Part shown: piece after piece, positions 20,305 to 30,039 of the stretch
Position numbering within the stretch: position 1 is the stretch's first letter
Layout of the letters: every line of letters starts with the position of its first letter
From: Chloroflexota bacterium
GTDB lineage: Bacteria > Chloroflexota > UBA11872 > VXOZ01
Length of the DNA stretch: 64,000 bases
Assembly (NCBI GenBank): GCA_965221905.1
Contig: OZ244922.1
Span: forward strand, 288,001-352,000
Direction of reading: 5' to 3'
Translations under genes and position numbers: made by a program
Notes under the pieces: model-generated
What the model saw: only the letters and a program-made list of their open reading frames with translations
Databases searched by the model: none
What the model was told of the DNA's origin: nothing

Positions 20305-20599
20305 GCCGTATCCCTCCCTCCTCACAGCCTAGCACAGCCCAGCAAGAGTGCGCTCTATTGTGTTAATCTAATCAGGTTGAAAGTGATGCGCGGCATAGGG
20401 GATAGTGCACAAAACCACAATGGCGGCGAGAGAGACTAATGAGAGTGGCGATACGCAGGCATTGCCGTTGCTCGCGGCTGTAGGTCAAGAGTTCCGCCGA
20501 AGCTTCTCATGCCCTTGTAATTCGGAGCTGAAAGGATTGGACTTAGATTGGGCAAGAGTGAGCTAACGGTCTTGCCCATGCCTAGGCGGTCACTCAAAC

Positions 20600-20862
20600 T
20601 GTCACACTGAGGAACCATTCGGCAGGCTCAGGATAGTCTCCGCGACGAAGAATCTAGAGTGGTAAGTTTTCTTGAATCCTCGCTTGGCTCGGAATTGTAG
20701 GTGTTGACTAATTCGTTGACAGATTTTTCAATCCAGTTAACGCCCTGGAAAGTTGAAGACGGTCAGTTCCGTCATTCCGGCGAAAGCCGGAATCCATCTT
20801 CAATGCACCCCTTAGACTCCGGCCCCGATTCTACCAGGGGGCAGGCTTTGCGCCGGAGTAGC
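20600..20862. repeat. REP-like cluster
   Basis: gtcacactgagg...gaagaatct; cgtcattccggcgaaagccggaatcca with an inverted partner gactccggcccc...gcgccggagtagcg. Confidence 0.7.
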
Positions 20863-21081
20863 GGATTTCGTGACGCTTACCATGTTCGTTCTTGTTGCAT
20901 GCGCTGTCACTGCTCGTGACAGAACCACCTACTGGGTAAGGCAGCCGATTGGTAGTCATTGCTTCCTGCCGTTTCATGCTCCCATTCTGCCAACGAATTA
21001 CCTGGCAATTACAGGAATGACAAGAAGCGCAACTTTATGAACGATCAAGTCTAAATCTACTGATCCCGTTGTGATTTCGAT

Positions 21082-21111
21082 TTGCACACCTGGTGAGCAA
21101 TTGCTTATAAT
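21082..21111 (+). promoter_or_regulatory. Candidate sigma70 promoter
   Basis: TTGCAC-N18-TATAAT upstream of the 433-aa secreted protein gene. Confidence 0.5.
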
Positions 21112-21311
21112 GGTTCAGACCAAGGGTAACTATACCCATGGTCATCCTTTTCAGTTCTCTTGTCACGTTAGGTTCCCGTCCTAAATTCCAGATTTCCGTT
21201 TTACGAGCCGATTAATTCTACTACCTAAGGCGGGCTGTTTAGGCCGGTCTTGGAAATCAACTCTCTCTTCATCTCATCGTTCTACTATGCGCTCTACAAC
21301 GGAGACCCTTT

Positions 21312-22613
21312 GTGCGGCTCCTCCTCGCGTCTCTCTTTCTGCTGCTTCTTGTTGCTTTCTCTGCCACATCGGTACACGCCACAGACTGTCAGTTCGTGCT
21401 CGGCTTCGAGACTCTGCGCGAACTGATCGGTCACGACGTAGTTGGCGAGTGCCTGGAGAACGAGCACTACGAAGCCAACGGTGATGGACTGCAACAGACC
21501 GCGGGCGGCCTTCTTGTCTGGCGCAAAGCAGATAACTGGACCGCTTTCACCGACGGCTACCGCACGTGGATAAACGGTCCCAACGGTCTTGAACAGCGTC
21601 TCAACACCGAGCGCTTCGAGTGGGAGTATGACTACGCGCCGGGCGGCGGTATCGCCACGCCAACGCCTACTCCCATGGAACTCAATCCCGAGCACATCCT
21701 CGTTCCCGTGCTAGAAGTGATGCGATCGACGCCAAGTGGAGAGGGCGCCTACCAGGACTTACTCCGATTGGGAGTGGGTATAACCTTTGGCGGCAATCCG
21801 CCCTGGGGAAAGTACATATTTGATGTGCCAAGCAATCGGATAGTGCTTTACGGAAACTATGTACACGAGGCACCGGACACAATTGCTCATCTTGTCGCTG
21901 AGGCGGCTGAGCTTGCAAAGTGGTTCCATGTACACGGCGAGCCGACGACTCCCGAGGAATGCATCGAACGTAAGTACCTAGCCTTGACGTCACGGGAAAT
22001 ATGGTTGACAGAGTTTAACGGTTACTCTCCGGTGTCGGATGTGGAGAGGCGTTTGCGAGCGGAACAATACGTGCATCACCGCATTCATCGCGATTCGGAA
22101 TTCTGCCCTGCCGTGCCAAGAGCGTCTGCGCGAGATGCGCATATTGCGCAAACGCTTGAGACCATGCGCCAGACGGCGACCGGTAGGCGCGTACATGATT
22201 GGTTCGTAGAATCCGGTGTGAGTGCGTACTTTGATCAGATAGAATACCGTGGCGGTGTCTACTCTCCAAGGAATAACTACATTGCAATCCACGAAGCCCA
22301 CCGCAATAGCCCGGTGAACGCCGCCGCCTGGTTCGTGCACGAGACCATTCATGCGATGACACACGACGAACCAGAGTCTCAGGAAGAGTGCTATAGGCAA
22401 GAAGAGCGTGCGTTTAGCTGGCAAGCCCAATGGTGGATGGAGTACTTTGGCAATGGCGGGAGCGGGTTGCAGGATGAAGACTCTAAGTCACAGGACTCTA
22501 TCTTGAGGGACTACCTCGGTGGAATACTGCTCAACGCTATCCGGGGAACACGGGCCTACCAGGACTATTGTGGCGCTTACCACGCCGGCGACATACCCTT
22601 GCAAATGCATTGA
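21312..22613 (+). CDS. Secreted protein with two tandem zincin-like domains (HExxH in the second only)
   Basis: Signal peptide (VHA-TD), DCQFVLGF...ERFEWE domain, PT linker, internal repeat, HETIH...EE. Confidence 0.7.
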   Translation: MRLLLASLFLLLLVAFSATSVHATDCQFVLGFETLRELIGHDVVGECLENEHYEANGDGLQQTAGGLLVWRKADNWTAFTDGYRTWINGPNGLEQRLNTERFEWEYDYAPGGGIATPTPTPMELNPEHILVPVLEVMRSTPSGEGAYQDLLRLGVGITFGGNPPWGKYIFDVPSNRIVLYGNYVHEAPDTIAHLVAEAAELAKWFHVHGEPTTPEECIERKYLALTSREIWLTEFNGYSPVSDVERRLRAEQYVHHRIHRDSEFCPAVPRASARDAHIAQTLETMRQTATGRRVHDWFVESGVSAYFDQIEYRGGVYSPRNNYIAIHEAHRNSPVNAAAWFVHETIHAMTHDEPESQEECYRQEERAFSWQAQWWMEYFGNGGSGLQDEDSKSQDSILRDYLGGILLNAIRGTRAYQDYCGAYHAGDIPLQMH

Positions 22614-22808
22614 CTGCAGCGGAAGACACATTCTTAGTGGCTGTACTGGGCACTATTTCGCTGCAAGCTAGTTGTTTCGTGTAGCTTCTTACGGCGCACT
22701 TTTCCTGGGAGGGGGCCGCGGGAAAAGATGGTTGTATGAACTTGCTTCCGAGGGAGCCAGTTGACACGTTCAACAAGCTTTGGGAGGATGAAGCAGAGGG
22801 AGTATTGT

Positions 22809-23026
22809 ATGGATGGCCTATCGGACTGGGTTCAAGTGATTGTCGCTATCGTGGCGCTCTTGGGTCTACTTTGGCGATTGAAACCTGCATCTCAGGATTA
22901 GAATCACGCTTAGGTGAGCGCATTGCCCATCTTGAAGCAAGTTCCGCTGGCTTGTTGAGTCGGCTTTCGCGGATTGAAAACGTGCTGGACCAGTTCTTGA
23001 TGCGGACTGGCAGGGGGGAGCAATGA
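22809..23026 (+). pseudogene. Small TM plus coiled-coil protein, apparently frameshifted
   Basis: RBS then MDGLSDWVQVIVAIVALLGLLWRL; heptad-like ETCISGLESRLGERIAHLE continues in another frame from ~22880. Confidence 0.5.
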
Positions 23027-23358
23027 AAGTGCCCAGTGGGGATAGCATGCTGGAAGAGGTCACCGGAAATATCATAGAGCTTTGCCAGCATAATGATGTT
23101 CCTCATACAACTGGTATCATTCACAGCGATGGCAAGAACATTGACTTCGAGATATATGGGGTGCCTGAGAATCCTAAGCACCAGAATGCTCGTGATGCAT
23201 ACGCTGCGAAGCGTGCCGTTACCTTAGCAGGTTTATTGCTGAGTTATTTGAAAGAGCATGAATTTGTGCGCACATACGTAACAGCCGGGAGAAATCTGGC
23301 TGAAGTTTCCGGGGAGCCGACGACTTACCTGGATGTCTCAGAAGTGCGTGTACTGTAG
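23023..23358 (+). CDS. Hypothetical protein
   Basis: 111-aa ORF with GGGGAG RBS and ATGA overlap with the upstream stop. Confidence 0.5.
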   Translation: MKVPSGDSMLEEVTGNIIELCQHNDVPHTTGIIHSDGKNIDFEIYGVPENPKHQNARDAYAAKRAVTLAGLLLSYLKEHEFVRTYVTAGRNLAEVSGEPTTYLDVSEVRVL

Positions 23359-23888
23359 TCCCTGCACAGACTCCTAGTCTGGAGTAGCATAGTGGGCGCA
23401 GAAAATCTGGATTTGGTTGTCCTTGCGGCAACGCCGTCTTGGTGGTCGACATTGCCGAGTTGTTGCTAGGCCGGTAACATTGTGGATCTCTGGCAGGAAC
23501 AGGTTGTTTCTGTCGCAAGTCTTTGGCAGCGCCATATTCTTCCTTTCCCTCTCAGATTCAGGCTGTCTTTTCTTGCCTACTCTTAGGCGCATTGTTCCGC
23601 AGATAAGCTAACCGCTTTATTTGGTGGCTCTAGCCAGACCTACTCAGTCTTGAACTACTGATTGCGCGGAAGTTCTACGAAACTATGTGCTCATTGCGAG
23701 ACAAAGCGGTCGCAGTGCGCCCCGCTAAGAAGAAGAACTTTGGATGATGTTCCACCCGAAGCGCCAGGAAATGTGTCGAATTTCATCATATCTTCGAGGT
23801 CCAGAACGCGTATTAGCGGGTCGCCTAGGCGTAGAATGCTTGGGCGGGTTCTCTTGAGAGCGGGGGTAGTCCCAGGTAGAGTTGCTCA

Positions 23889-25073
23889 TTAAGGGAGAGT
23901 CACCGTATCGTCCGCGACACGCAGGATTTGTGCCGAATCCAGGACGGTCTGCGAGAATTGCCGGAGGTCGGAGGTGGTGGCGAACACTTGGACGTTGGGA
24001 GCAAGGGACGCGAGGACGTGTTGGCGGCGCTGGGCATCTAGTTCGGAGAGAAAATCATCTAGAAGAATGACCGGCCACTCGCCGGACTCCGCGTGGAGCA
24101 GGGAAACCTCGGTGAGCTTGAGGGTGAGGGCTGCGAGCCGTTGTTCGCCGCGGGAACCGAAGGTAGCCAGAGGGTGTTCGCTGCGCAGGAAGGTAAGATC
24201 GTCACGATGCGGGCCCACGACCGTGACCGCTTGTGCGCGCTCGCGGGGCGCCTGCTCCTCGAGGGCGGCGGCAAACGCTGCCTGAATCTCTGCCAGCCAG
24301 GCTTGCGGTAAAGCGCTGCTGCGAAGCTCGGCGGGGAGGTGCGGTGTTTCTGGGAGCGGCACGGTCGATTCGTAGCGTAGGCGCAGGTCGGTAGCAGTTC
24401 CTATGAGCGTGTCGTAGCGGGTGGAGAGTGGTTCTGCTACGTGTTCAACGAAGACCACGCGGAGGGCAGTAATCAATGCTCCCAAAGTCGTAAGCTCACG
24501 GTTCCATGCTGCAAGCTGCCGCTGGTCGCGGGTCGATCCGTCGCGCAGGGCGCGCAACAGTGCGTTCCGCTCCGCCATCACGTGCTCGTAGTTTTGCAGC
24601 ATGCGTAAGTATTGCGAATCAATGCGGCTGAGCAGGTAATCGAGATAGCGCCGCCGGCTACTGGGTGGACCGTCCACCAACGCGATATCATGGGGCGTAA
24701 ACAGGACCACGTGCAGGTGTTGCAGGAGGCTCGAAGCGCGACGGGGCACGCCGCCAATGCGGATGCGCTTGCTAAACGCGGAGTCTGGTTGTTCGGCGGC
24801 CCAGATCACCTCTAGCGAGGTTTCATGATCCCCGGCCCCTACTTCTCCGGCCACCCGTGTGTAGGGGCGATCTGGATCCGGCGCGAAGCTGCGCATTTCC
24901 ACATCGGAACGGGCCCGGAAGGAACGGCCTGTGGCTAGGCAGTGCATGGCTTCAAGGATATTCGACTTCCCAGCGCCGTTCGGACCCGTAAAGATCGTCA
25001 ACCCCTGCGCGAGCGAGAGCACGGCGGAGCGATAGTTACGGAAGTTGGTGAGAGAAAGCGCGCTGAGATACAC
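23889..25073 (-). CDS. recF: DNA replication/repair protein RecF
   Basis: NFRNY, GPNGAGKSNILEA, GPPSSRRRYLD, GPHRDDL, GSRGEQR, LLDDFLSELD. Confidence 0.96.
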   Translation of the reverse strand: MYLSALSLTNFRNYRSAVLSLAQGLTIFTGPNGAGKSNILEAMHCLATGRSFRARSDVEMRSFAPDPDRPYTRVAGEVGAGDHETSLEVIWAAEQPDSAFSKRIRIGGVPRRASSLLQHLHVVLFTPHDIALVDGPPSSRRRYLDYLLSRIDSQYLRMLQNYEHVMAERNALLRALRDGSTRDQRQLAAWNRELTTLGALITALRVVFVEHVAEPLSTRYDTLIGTATDLRLRYESTVPLPETPHLPAELRSSALPQAWLAEIQAAFAAALEEQAPRERAQAVTVVGPHRDDLTFLRSEHPLATFGSRGEQRLAALTLKLTEVSLLHAESGEWPVILLDDFLSELDAQRRQHVLASLAPNVQVFATTSDLRQFSQTVLDSAQILRVADDTVTLP

Positions 25074-25111
25074 GGTGCGTCCTTCTGACTGCTGCAGAGT
25101 GAACTGGGGAA

Positions 25112-25127
25112 TGTTTCACGTGAAACA
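25112..25127. promoter_or_regulatory. parS: parS centromere-like site
   Basis: TGTTTCACGTGAAACA, a perfect match to the 16-bp ParB-binding consensus, intergenic. Confidence 0.9.
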
Positions 25128-25165
25128 AACCGGGTTGCCGGTGCGGCAAAGCCGGCGCAGACCGG

Positions 25166-26095
25166 CTAACCCTCGCGCCAGGGCGGCACGTCCCAGGTAT
25201 TCACCCACTCCCATTCCCACTCTATGCGCTTCTCCGGCAGCTTGAGCGCATATTCGATGCCGGCCGTAAAGGGGAGCACCTGGGTCCGCGGGCCGACTTT
25301 CTCGCGATAGTACTCTATGAACGCACCGACGTCACTTGCGTTTGGCGGCCAGTGTCCCTCCGGCACCGGATCCGACTTGCGGTCGGTGCGGTAGTGCACG
25401 GGGATCACAGCGTAGGGCCGTATGTAGTCCACAAAGTCCTCGAGTTCGGTCGATTGGTGTTCCGCACTCGTCGGCGAGAGACCGAGCTTCATGTGAATGG
25501 CAAAGTCCACCCGCCCGCGCAACGCCTGCATCGCCGGATAGGCAGCCCACGCGTCGCCAATGTGCAGAAAAGAGAGATTCAAGGCTTTGTGGGTCACCAA
25601 GAAGCCTAGGTTTGGCAGATCGGGGCGCTGGTTCTCGCCGCTCTCGATGGTTTCCACGTGAAGCGCGCCAAGATCAACGTCGGTCGGACCGGGAAACTCC
25701 CGCGGTTGCGCCGGCCCCGCCCAGGGTCTGCCCCGCTGCTGCTCGTTTTGATGCTGCGGATACATCACCTGTATCTTCTCCGCCGGCACGTGCTTCGTAA
25801 TAGGCAGGTCGCGGGAAAACGCCGCGTCGCCATACTTCTCATCAATCGGCTCGTCCGGCCAAAGGCAGCCCGGCGGCACGAACAACCGCTTGAACCGCTC
25901 GCCCTGACAGAGCTTGCGGAGAGTCTTGGGATGGCAGTGGTCGAAGTGCTCGTGACTGATGAAGATGTAATCGTAGATGGGCTGCGCGTTGTCGAGGTTT
26001 TCGCCAAAGAGATACGGATCGAAGGCAATATTCACATCGCCAAAGCGCACGTCAAAAGCCCCACACCCCCACCACCGCAGCCAAATGCGTTCCAT
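25166..26095 (-). CDS. MBL-fold metallo-hydrolase (UlaG-like)
   Basis: FDPY, ISHEHFDH, HIGD, IPVHY. Confidence 0.85.
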   Translation of the reverse strand: MERIWLRWWGCGAFDVRFGDVNIAFDPYLFGENLDNAQPIYDYIFISHEHFDHCHPKTLRKLCQGERFKRLFVPPGCLWPDEPIDEKYGDAAFSRDLPITKHVPAEKIQVMYPQHQNEQQRGRPWAGPAQPREFPGPTDVDLGALHVETIESGENQRPDLPNLGFLVTHKALNLSFLHIGDAWAAYPAMQALRGRVDFAIHMKLGLSPTSAEHQSTELEDFVDYIRPYAVIPVHYRTDRKSDPVPEGHWPPNASDVGAFIEYYREKVGPRTQVLPFTAGIEYALKLPEKRIEWEWEWVNTWDVPPWREG

Positions 26096-26356
26096 GGGCT
26101 TTCATCTACCTTCGTATGTTTACAACTCGACGGATTCAAACCGATTCGAACCCAACGAATGAGGGCAACCCGATAGGCTCCAACCTCAGGATGCGGCTAT
26201 CGCTTTGGTGCGCCTGTACCTTCAGATCGAGATCAGTTTGCGTTCACAGCATAGCACATTGATTGGGACGCTTTGGCCCAGCAGCGCGGAGGGCTGATGT
26301 AACCGGCCAGACGCGCGGCAGCACGCACGATGTGAATGGAACTGACTCACCGAGAA

Positions 26357-26764
26357 TCAGAACAATCCACTGAGGGCCTCCTGGGGAGCCACTGCACGAA
26401 TTGGAGAACGTGCGTAGTCCCTGCCGTTCCGCGTGACAATGTGCCTAGCCCCGCAGGCACGAGCGGCAGCCACCTGCATGGCGTCTTCGAAGTCAGGCAT
26501 TGGTAGCTCGGCGGCATAGCGGATGCTTTCGGTGTCGGTCGTAGCTACCGCCACGAAGCGCGTAAGCTCGACAATGAAGTCGCGCGCGCTCACGCCTCCA
26601 AGCGCTGGAGACACGATGTAATAGAAGTTGGATATGGAGTGCCACGCGATGAAAGCCGCCTCCGCGCCGTGCTCAATCCGGTCCAGCAGTTCCGACGCTG
26701 GTGCGGAATGCGGATGCCTGTCGAGTGCAACGTCTATGAGTACGTCGGTGTCGAGAAGTATCAT
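26357..26764 (-). CDS. PIN domain toxin (VapC-like)
   Basis: ILLDTDVLID, DFEDAMQ, IVTRN. Confidence 0.88.
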   Translation of the reverse strand: MILLDTDVLIDVALDRHPHSAPASELLDRIEHGAEAAFIAWHSISNFYYIVSPALGGVSARDFIVELTRFVAVATTDTESIRYAAELPMPDFEDAMQVAAARACGARHIVTRNGRDYARSPIRAVAPQEALSGLF

Positions 26765-26988
26765 CGGAGGTACTTATCGGCCAGTGCATCATAGCGCGGA
26801 TCATCATCGCGCTCCGCCGCCCGAAACTTGCCTCGCCACCGCTCGGAAAAGGACGGCTCGTATTCCCCCGCCATTTCCCTGAGAGACTGCTCAACCAGTG
26901 ACGAAAGGGACACGCCCCGAGAACGGGCGTAGCGTTTGGCCACCGGCAGTAGGTCGGCGTCCACCGTAATCGTGAGCTTCTGTTTCAT
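26761..26988 (-). CDS. Ribbon-helix-helix antitoxin (DUF6364-like)
   Basis: MKQKLTITVD...AKRYA...SLSSLVE; 4-nt overlap with the PIN gene. Confidence 0.8.
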   Translation of the reverse strand: MKQKLTITVDADLLPVAKRYARSRGVSLSSLVEQSLREMAGEYEPSFSERWRGKFRAAERDDDPRYDALADKYLR

Positions 26989-27012
26989 CGTAGCTTGGCA
27001 CCTCCGAAATTA

Positions 27013-27039
27013 GTATACTTATGCTCTATACAAGTATAC
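27013..27039. promoter_or_regulatory. Candidate TA operator overlapping a -10 box
   Basis: GTATACTT-N11-AAGTATAC inverted repeat directly upstream of the antitoxin; includes TATACT on the minus strand. Confidence 0.55.
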
Positions 27040-27409
27040 GTGCTTCGGTAGTGATATACAAGAGGGCCAATGCCAGTGACCATCTGTTTCGGGGGTGCTG
27101 ATGGTGTTTTTAGGTCGCCAAGTACTATTTCTGGCAAGAGGAGGCAAGGAAATTGACTGGTTTAGAGCTAGGCGAATTGCTAGTTTCTCTGGTTGATGCT
27201 GCGGCTTTGCCATTGTTCGCGCTTGTTGTCATTCTCATGCTTCGGTCACCTCTGACAGAAGGGACCTCTTTCACGGATAGATTCACATGCAAGTACTGGC
27301 AGGTGGATGTCAGAGGGATCTCTAGGGAACCCACCAAGAAAGAGAGGTCACCGGAGGCGTTTGACGAGGAGTCTTCTTGGGACCCCACCTTCCCACGACG
27401 GCTGGATGA

Positions 27410-28144
27410 TCAAGAAGGAGCAGGCACCGTCAGGCGCAGGAGGATGGTGTTGTCTATTTCCAGGTTGCTGCCCCAGATGAGTCGGGCGGATTCGTCCCAT
27501 TCAATCCGGTTGTAGCCGTCCTTGGGCCGCACAGCGGCCTCCGACCACTCGGTGGCGGTCTCCCACTGGCTGGCGTCAAAGTCGGCACCGGCCCAGCCTG
27601 GAGGGGCCTCCGTGCTCTCGAACCGGCAGGCGGTGTTCGGATCCGCGGCCTTCTCGCACTCGGGATTCAGCGGCGCGCGATGGATCACCATCACCATCCA
27701 GTCCCCGTTCGTCACCGCTACAATCTTCCCGGTGCCGACATCTGTGATTTGCGCGATGATGCCGCCGTCGCCCATCTGTTGGTTGCGCTCTCCGATGTAC
27801 TCGAGTCCCGAATCAGTTTCCTTGAAGTCTTTGGCTTCAATGCCGATGGTCAGGGGATAGGCGGCGGTGAACGTGATGGTCTCGGCGTTGAAAGAGCGCT
27901 CTGTCGTGATGGGTGTCGAATCCTTGCCGACCAACTGTCCATTAACGTAGAGGGCGAACCAATTGTCGGCCCACACCTCAGCCACGAATTGGGACGTTGC
28001 GCTTTGGACGGAAGGTGGTTCCGTTGCATCGGGTACCGGGGAGGCGACCCCGGCTGTGGCGTCACCGTTGCCGGAACCACAGCCAACGGCCAACCACGTT
28101 ATTACCAGCAGCGCTAGAATGCTATTTGCAAGGGATTTGGACAT
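27410..28144 (-). CDS. Putative lipoprotein with beta-sandwich/lectin-like domain
   Basis: LAVGC lipobox; WADNWFALYVNG, GDGGIIAQI, LIWG; start after AGAGGAG. Confidence 0.6.
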   Translation of the reverse strand: MSKSLANSILALLVITWLAVGCGSGNGDATAGVASPVPDATEPPSVQSATSQFVAEVWADNWFALYVNGQLVGKDSTPITTERSFNAETITFTAAYPLTIGIEAKDFKETDSGLEYIGERNQQMGDGGIIAQITDVGTGKIVAVTNGDWMVMVIHRAPLNPECEKAADPNTACRFESTEAPPGWAGADFDASQWETATEWSEAAVRPKDGYNRIEWDESARLIWGSNLEIDNTILLRLTVPAPS

Positions 28145-28419
28145 GCATCTTTCTCCTCTTCCACTCCGTTTTGGTTGGGTCATGGTCATCCGGCTCCACT
28201 TGCTATGGCGCCAAACCATGGCTCTATAGTCCGATTGGAACGAGCAACATCGCCGCATGGATTCTGCGGACGTAAGGAAGCCCGAGACACACTTCCCGCA
28301 CTACGTACACTGCTAGTGTAAACGGCATGGTTCAAGAAAGTATGAATATCACTCCCCCCTTAGTTTTGAGCTGCAAACTCGCTGGGGCTTTAGGATATGG
28401 ACTAGAGTACAATGGAATT

Positions 28420-28700
28420 CGTGTGACTGGGGACGAAATTCGGTTATGGGCCCCGATTGTTCGTGCTATGTTGAGCGAGCTGGGGGTCTTTGCATCGTGC
28501 GCAAGACTCCGCTGGCGCGTGTCCTGAATTCCCGGCCACCCATTGACGAGGATTGCACGAGTTTGTTGCTCGGAGGCTTTTCTTACTTGATTGGAATAGG
28601 GGCCCGGCGTTCACAGTAGAGGGGCTTCTCGCTGGTGAAGTGACCTTCGTAACGCTAAACGGCCAACCTTCCATTCATCATTCGTCACAACCGACACACG
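28420..28700 (+). ncRNA. Candidate ~280-nt multi-stem structured RNA, family unknown
   Basis: Nested complementary segments, G-U wobbles favouring the + strand, and TACAAT at 28408-28413 just upstream. Confidence 0.5.
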
Positions 28701-28740
28701 TTACTGTCCTAAGAAGACACTTTAAAGAGGTAGTACATCT

Positions 28741-30006
28741 ATGTTCGAGAAGACCGCACTGGCAAACGGAATGCGCGTGGTCACCTCCACACTGCCGCAT
28801 ACGCGCTCGGTATCGGTAATTGTATTGGTCCGTGCCGGTTCACGCTACGAAAACGAGCCCGAGGCCGGCATTGCCCATGTCTTTGAGCACATGCTCTTCA
28901 AAGGCAGTAAGAATTGGCCGACGGCGCAGATCGTGAGTGAGTCCATCGAGGGTGTTGGCGGATCGATGAACGCCAGCACCGACAAGGAAGTGGTGGACTA
29001 CTGGTGCCGGGTGGCCCAGCCGCACTATACGCTGGCGATGGAATTGCTCGCCGATATTTTCCTCCATCCGCTGCTCGAAGATGAAGAGCTAAAGCGCGAG
29101 CAGGGCGTGATCTTGGAAGAGTTGCGGATGTATCATGACGATCCTCGTAGCTGGGTGAGTATTTTGAGCGACGAAATCTGCTGGCCGGGACATCCGCTGG
29201 GCCGAGACATCGGCGGCAGCCCCGAGACTGTGCTGGGCATTACATCGGACATGATCCATGATTACCGCGGTCGCATGTACAGTCCGCAAAACACCGTGTT
29301 GTCGGTAGCAGGCAACGTCACACACGAGCAAGTTGTGGCTGATGCCGAGCGTCTCTACGGCGCTTGGACGAACGGAGCGCCGGGGGATTTCTTACCCTGG
29401 GAGGGTAACGGACAGGAGCCGGCCGCAATCGGCGAAGGGCGAGAATCGGTGGAACAGATGACTATGCTGCTTTCGTTCCCGGGCCTTTCGTTGTTCGATG
29501 AAGACCGCTATGCTCTGGGCCTCCTGAATACCGTGCTTGGCGAGGGCATGAGTTCTCGGCTCTTCCTGGAAGTCCGCGAGAAACGCGGTTTGGCATACAG
29601 TGTTGGCTCGTATCCGCGTCACCAGCTCGACACCGGTATCTTCACGGTGTATGGCGGCGTTGATCCGGACAACGCGCCGGATGCCCTGCGCTGCATCATG
29701 GACGAAATCAGAGGCCTGCAAAATCCGGTGCCGGAGACGGAACTGCGCAAGGCGAAGGAGTTTACCAAGGGGCATCTCCTGCTTGGCTTGGAGAGTACGC
29801 AAAGCGTGGGCGGATGGGGCGGCGTGCGCGAGCTCATTCACGGGGAACTCATCACGGCTGATGAGGCAGTGGCCCGCGTCGAAGCGGTGACCGTGGACGA
29901 GATTCAGCAAGTTGCCGAACGGCTCTTTACTTCCAATGCCGTCAAGCTCGCCGTTATGGGCCCGCGCGATCTCAGCCAGGAACTGCTACCGATTGTGACA
30001 CAGTGA
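28741..30006 (+). CDS. M16 family (pitrilysin-like) zinc peptidase
   Basis: GSRYE, HVFEHMLFKG (HxxEH), NAST, SSRLF.EVREKRGLAY. Confidence 0.93.
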   Translation: MFEKTALANGMRVVTSTLPHTRSVSVIVLVRAGSRYENEPEAGIAHVFEHMLFKGSKNWPTAQIVSESIEGVGGSMNASTDKEVVDYWCRVAQPHYTLAMELLADIFLHPLLEDEELKREQGVILEELRMYHDDPRSWVSILSDEICWPGHPLGRDIGGSPETVLGITSDMIHDYRGRMYSPQNTVLSVAGNVTHEQVVADAERLYGAWTNGAPGDFLPWEGNGQEPAAIGEGRESVEQMTMLLSFPGLSLFDEDRYALGLLNTVLGEGMSSRLFLEVREKRGLAYSVGSYPRHQLDTGIFTVYGGVDPDNAPDALRCIMDEIRGLQNPVPETELRKAKEFTKGHLLLGLESTQSVGGWGGVRELIHGELITADEAVARVEAVTVDEIQQVAERLFTSNAVKLAVMGPRDLSQELLPIVTQ

Positions 30007-30039
30007 TCTGCTGACACCAGATGCGGCGCCAAAAGAATC

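Noticed and set aside
25650-25665. Second parS site
   Set aside because: Four mismatches to consensus and located inside a CDS; the same low match applies to the site near 23748.
28429-28450. tmRNA 5' end (ggggacgaa)
   Set aside because: It lacks the following TTCGAC, a tag reading frame and a tRNA-like CCA 3' end.
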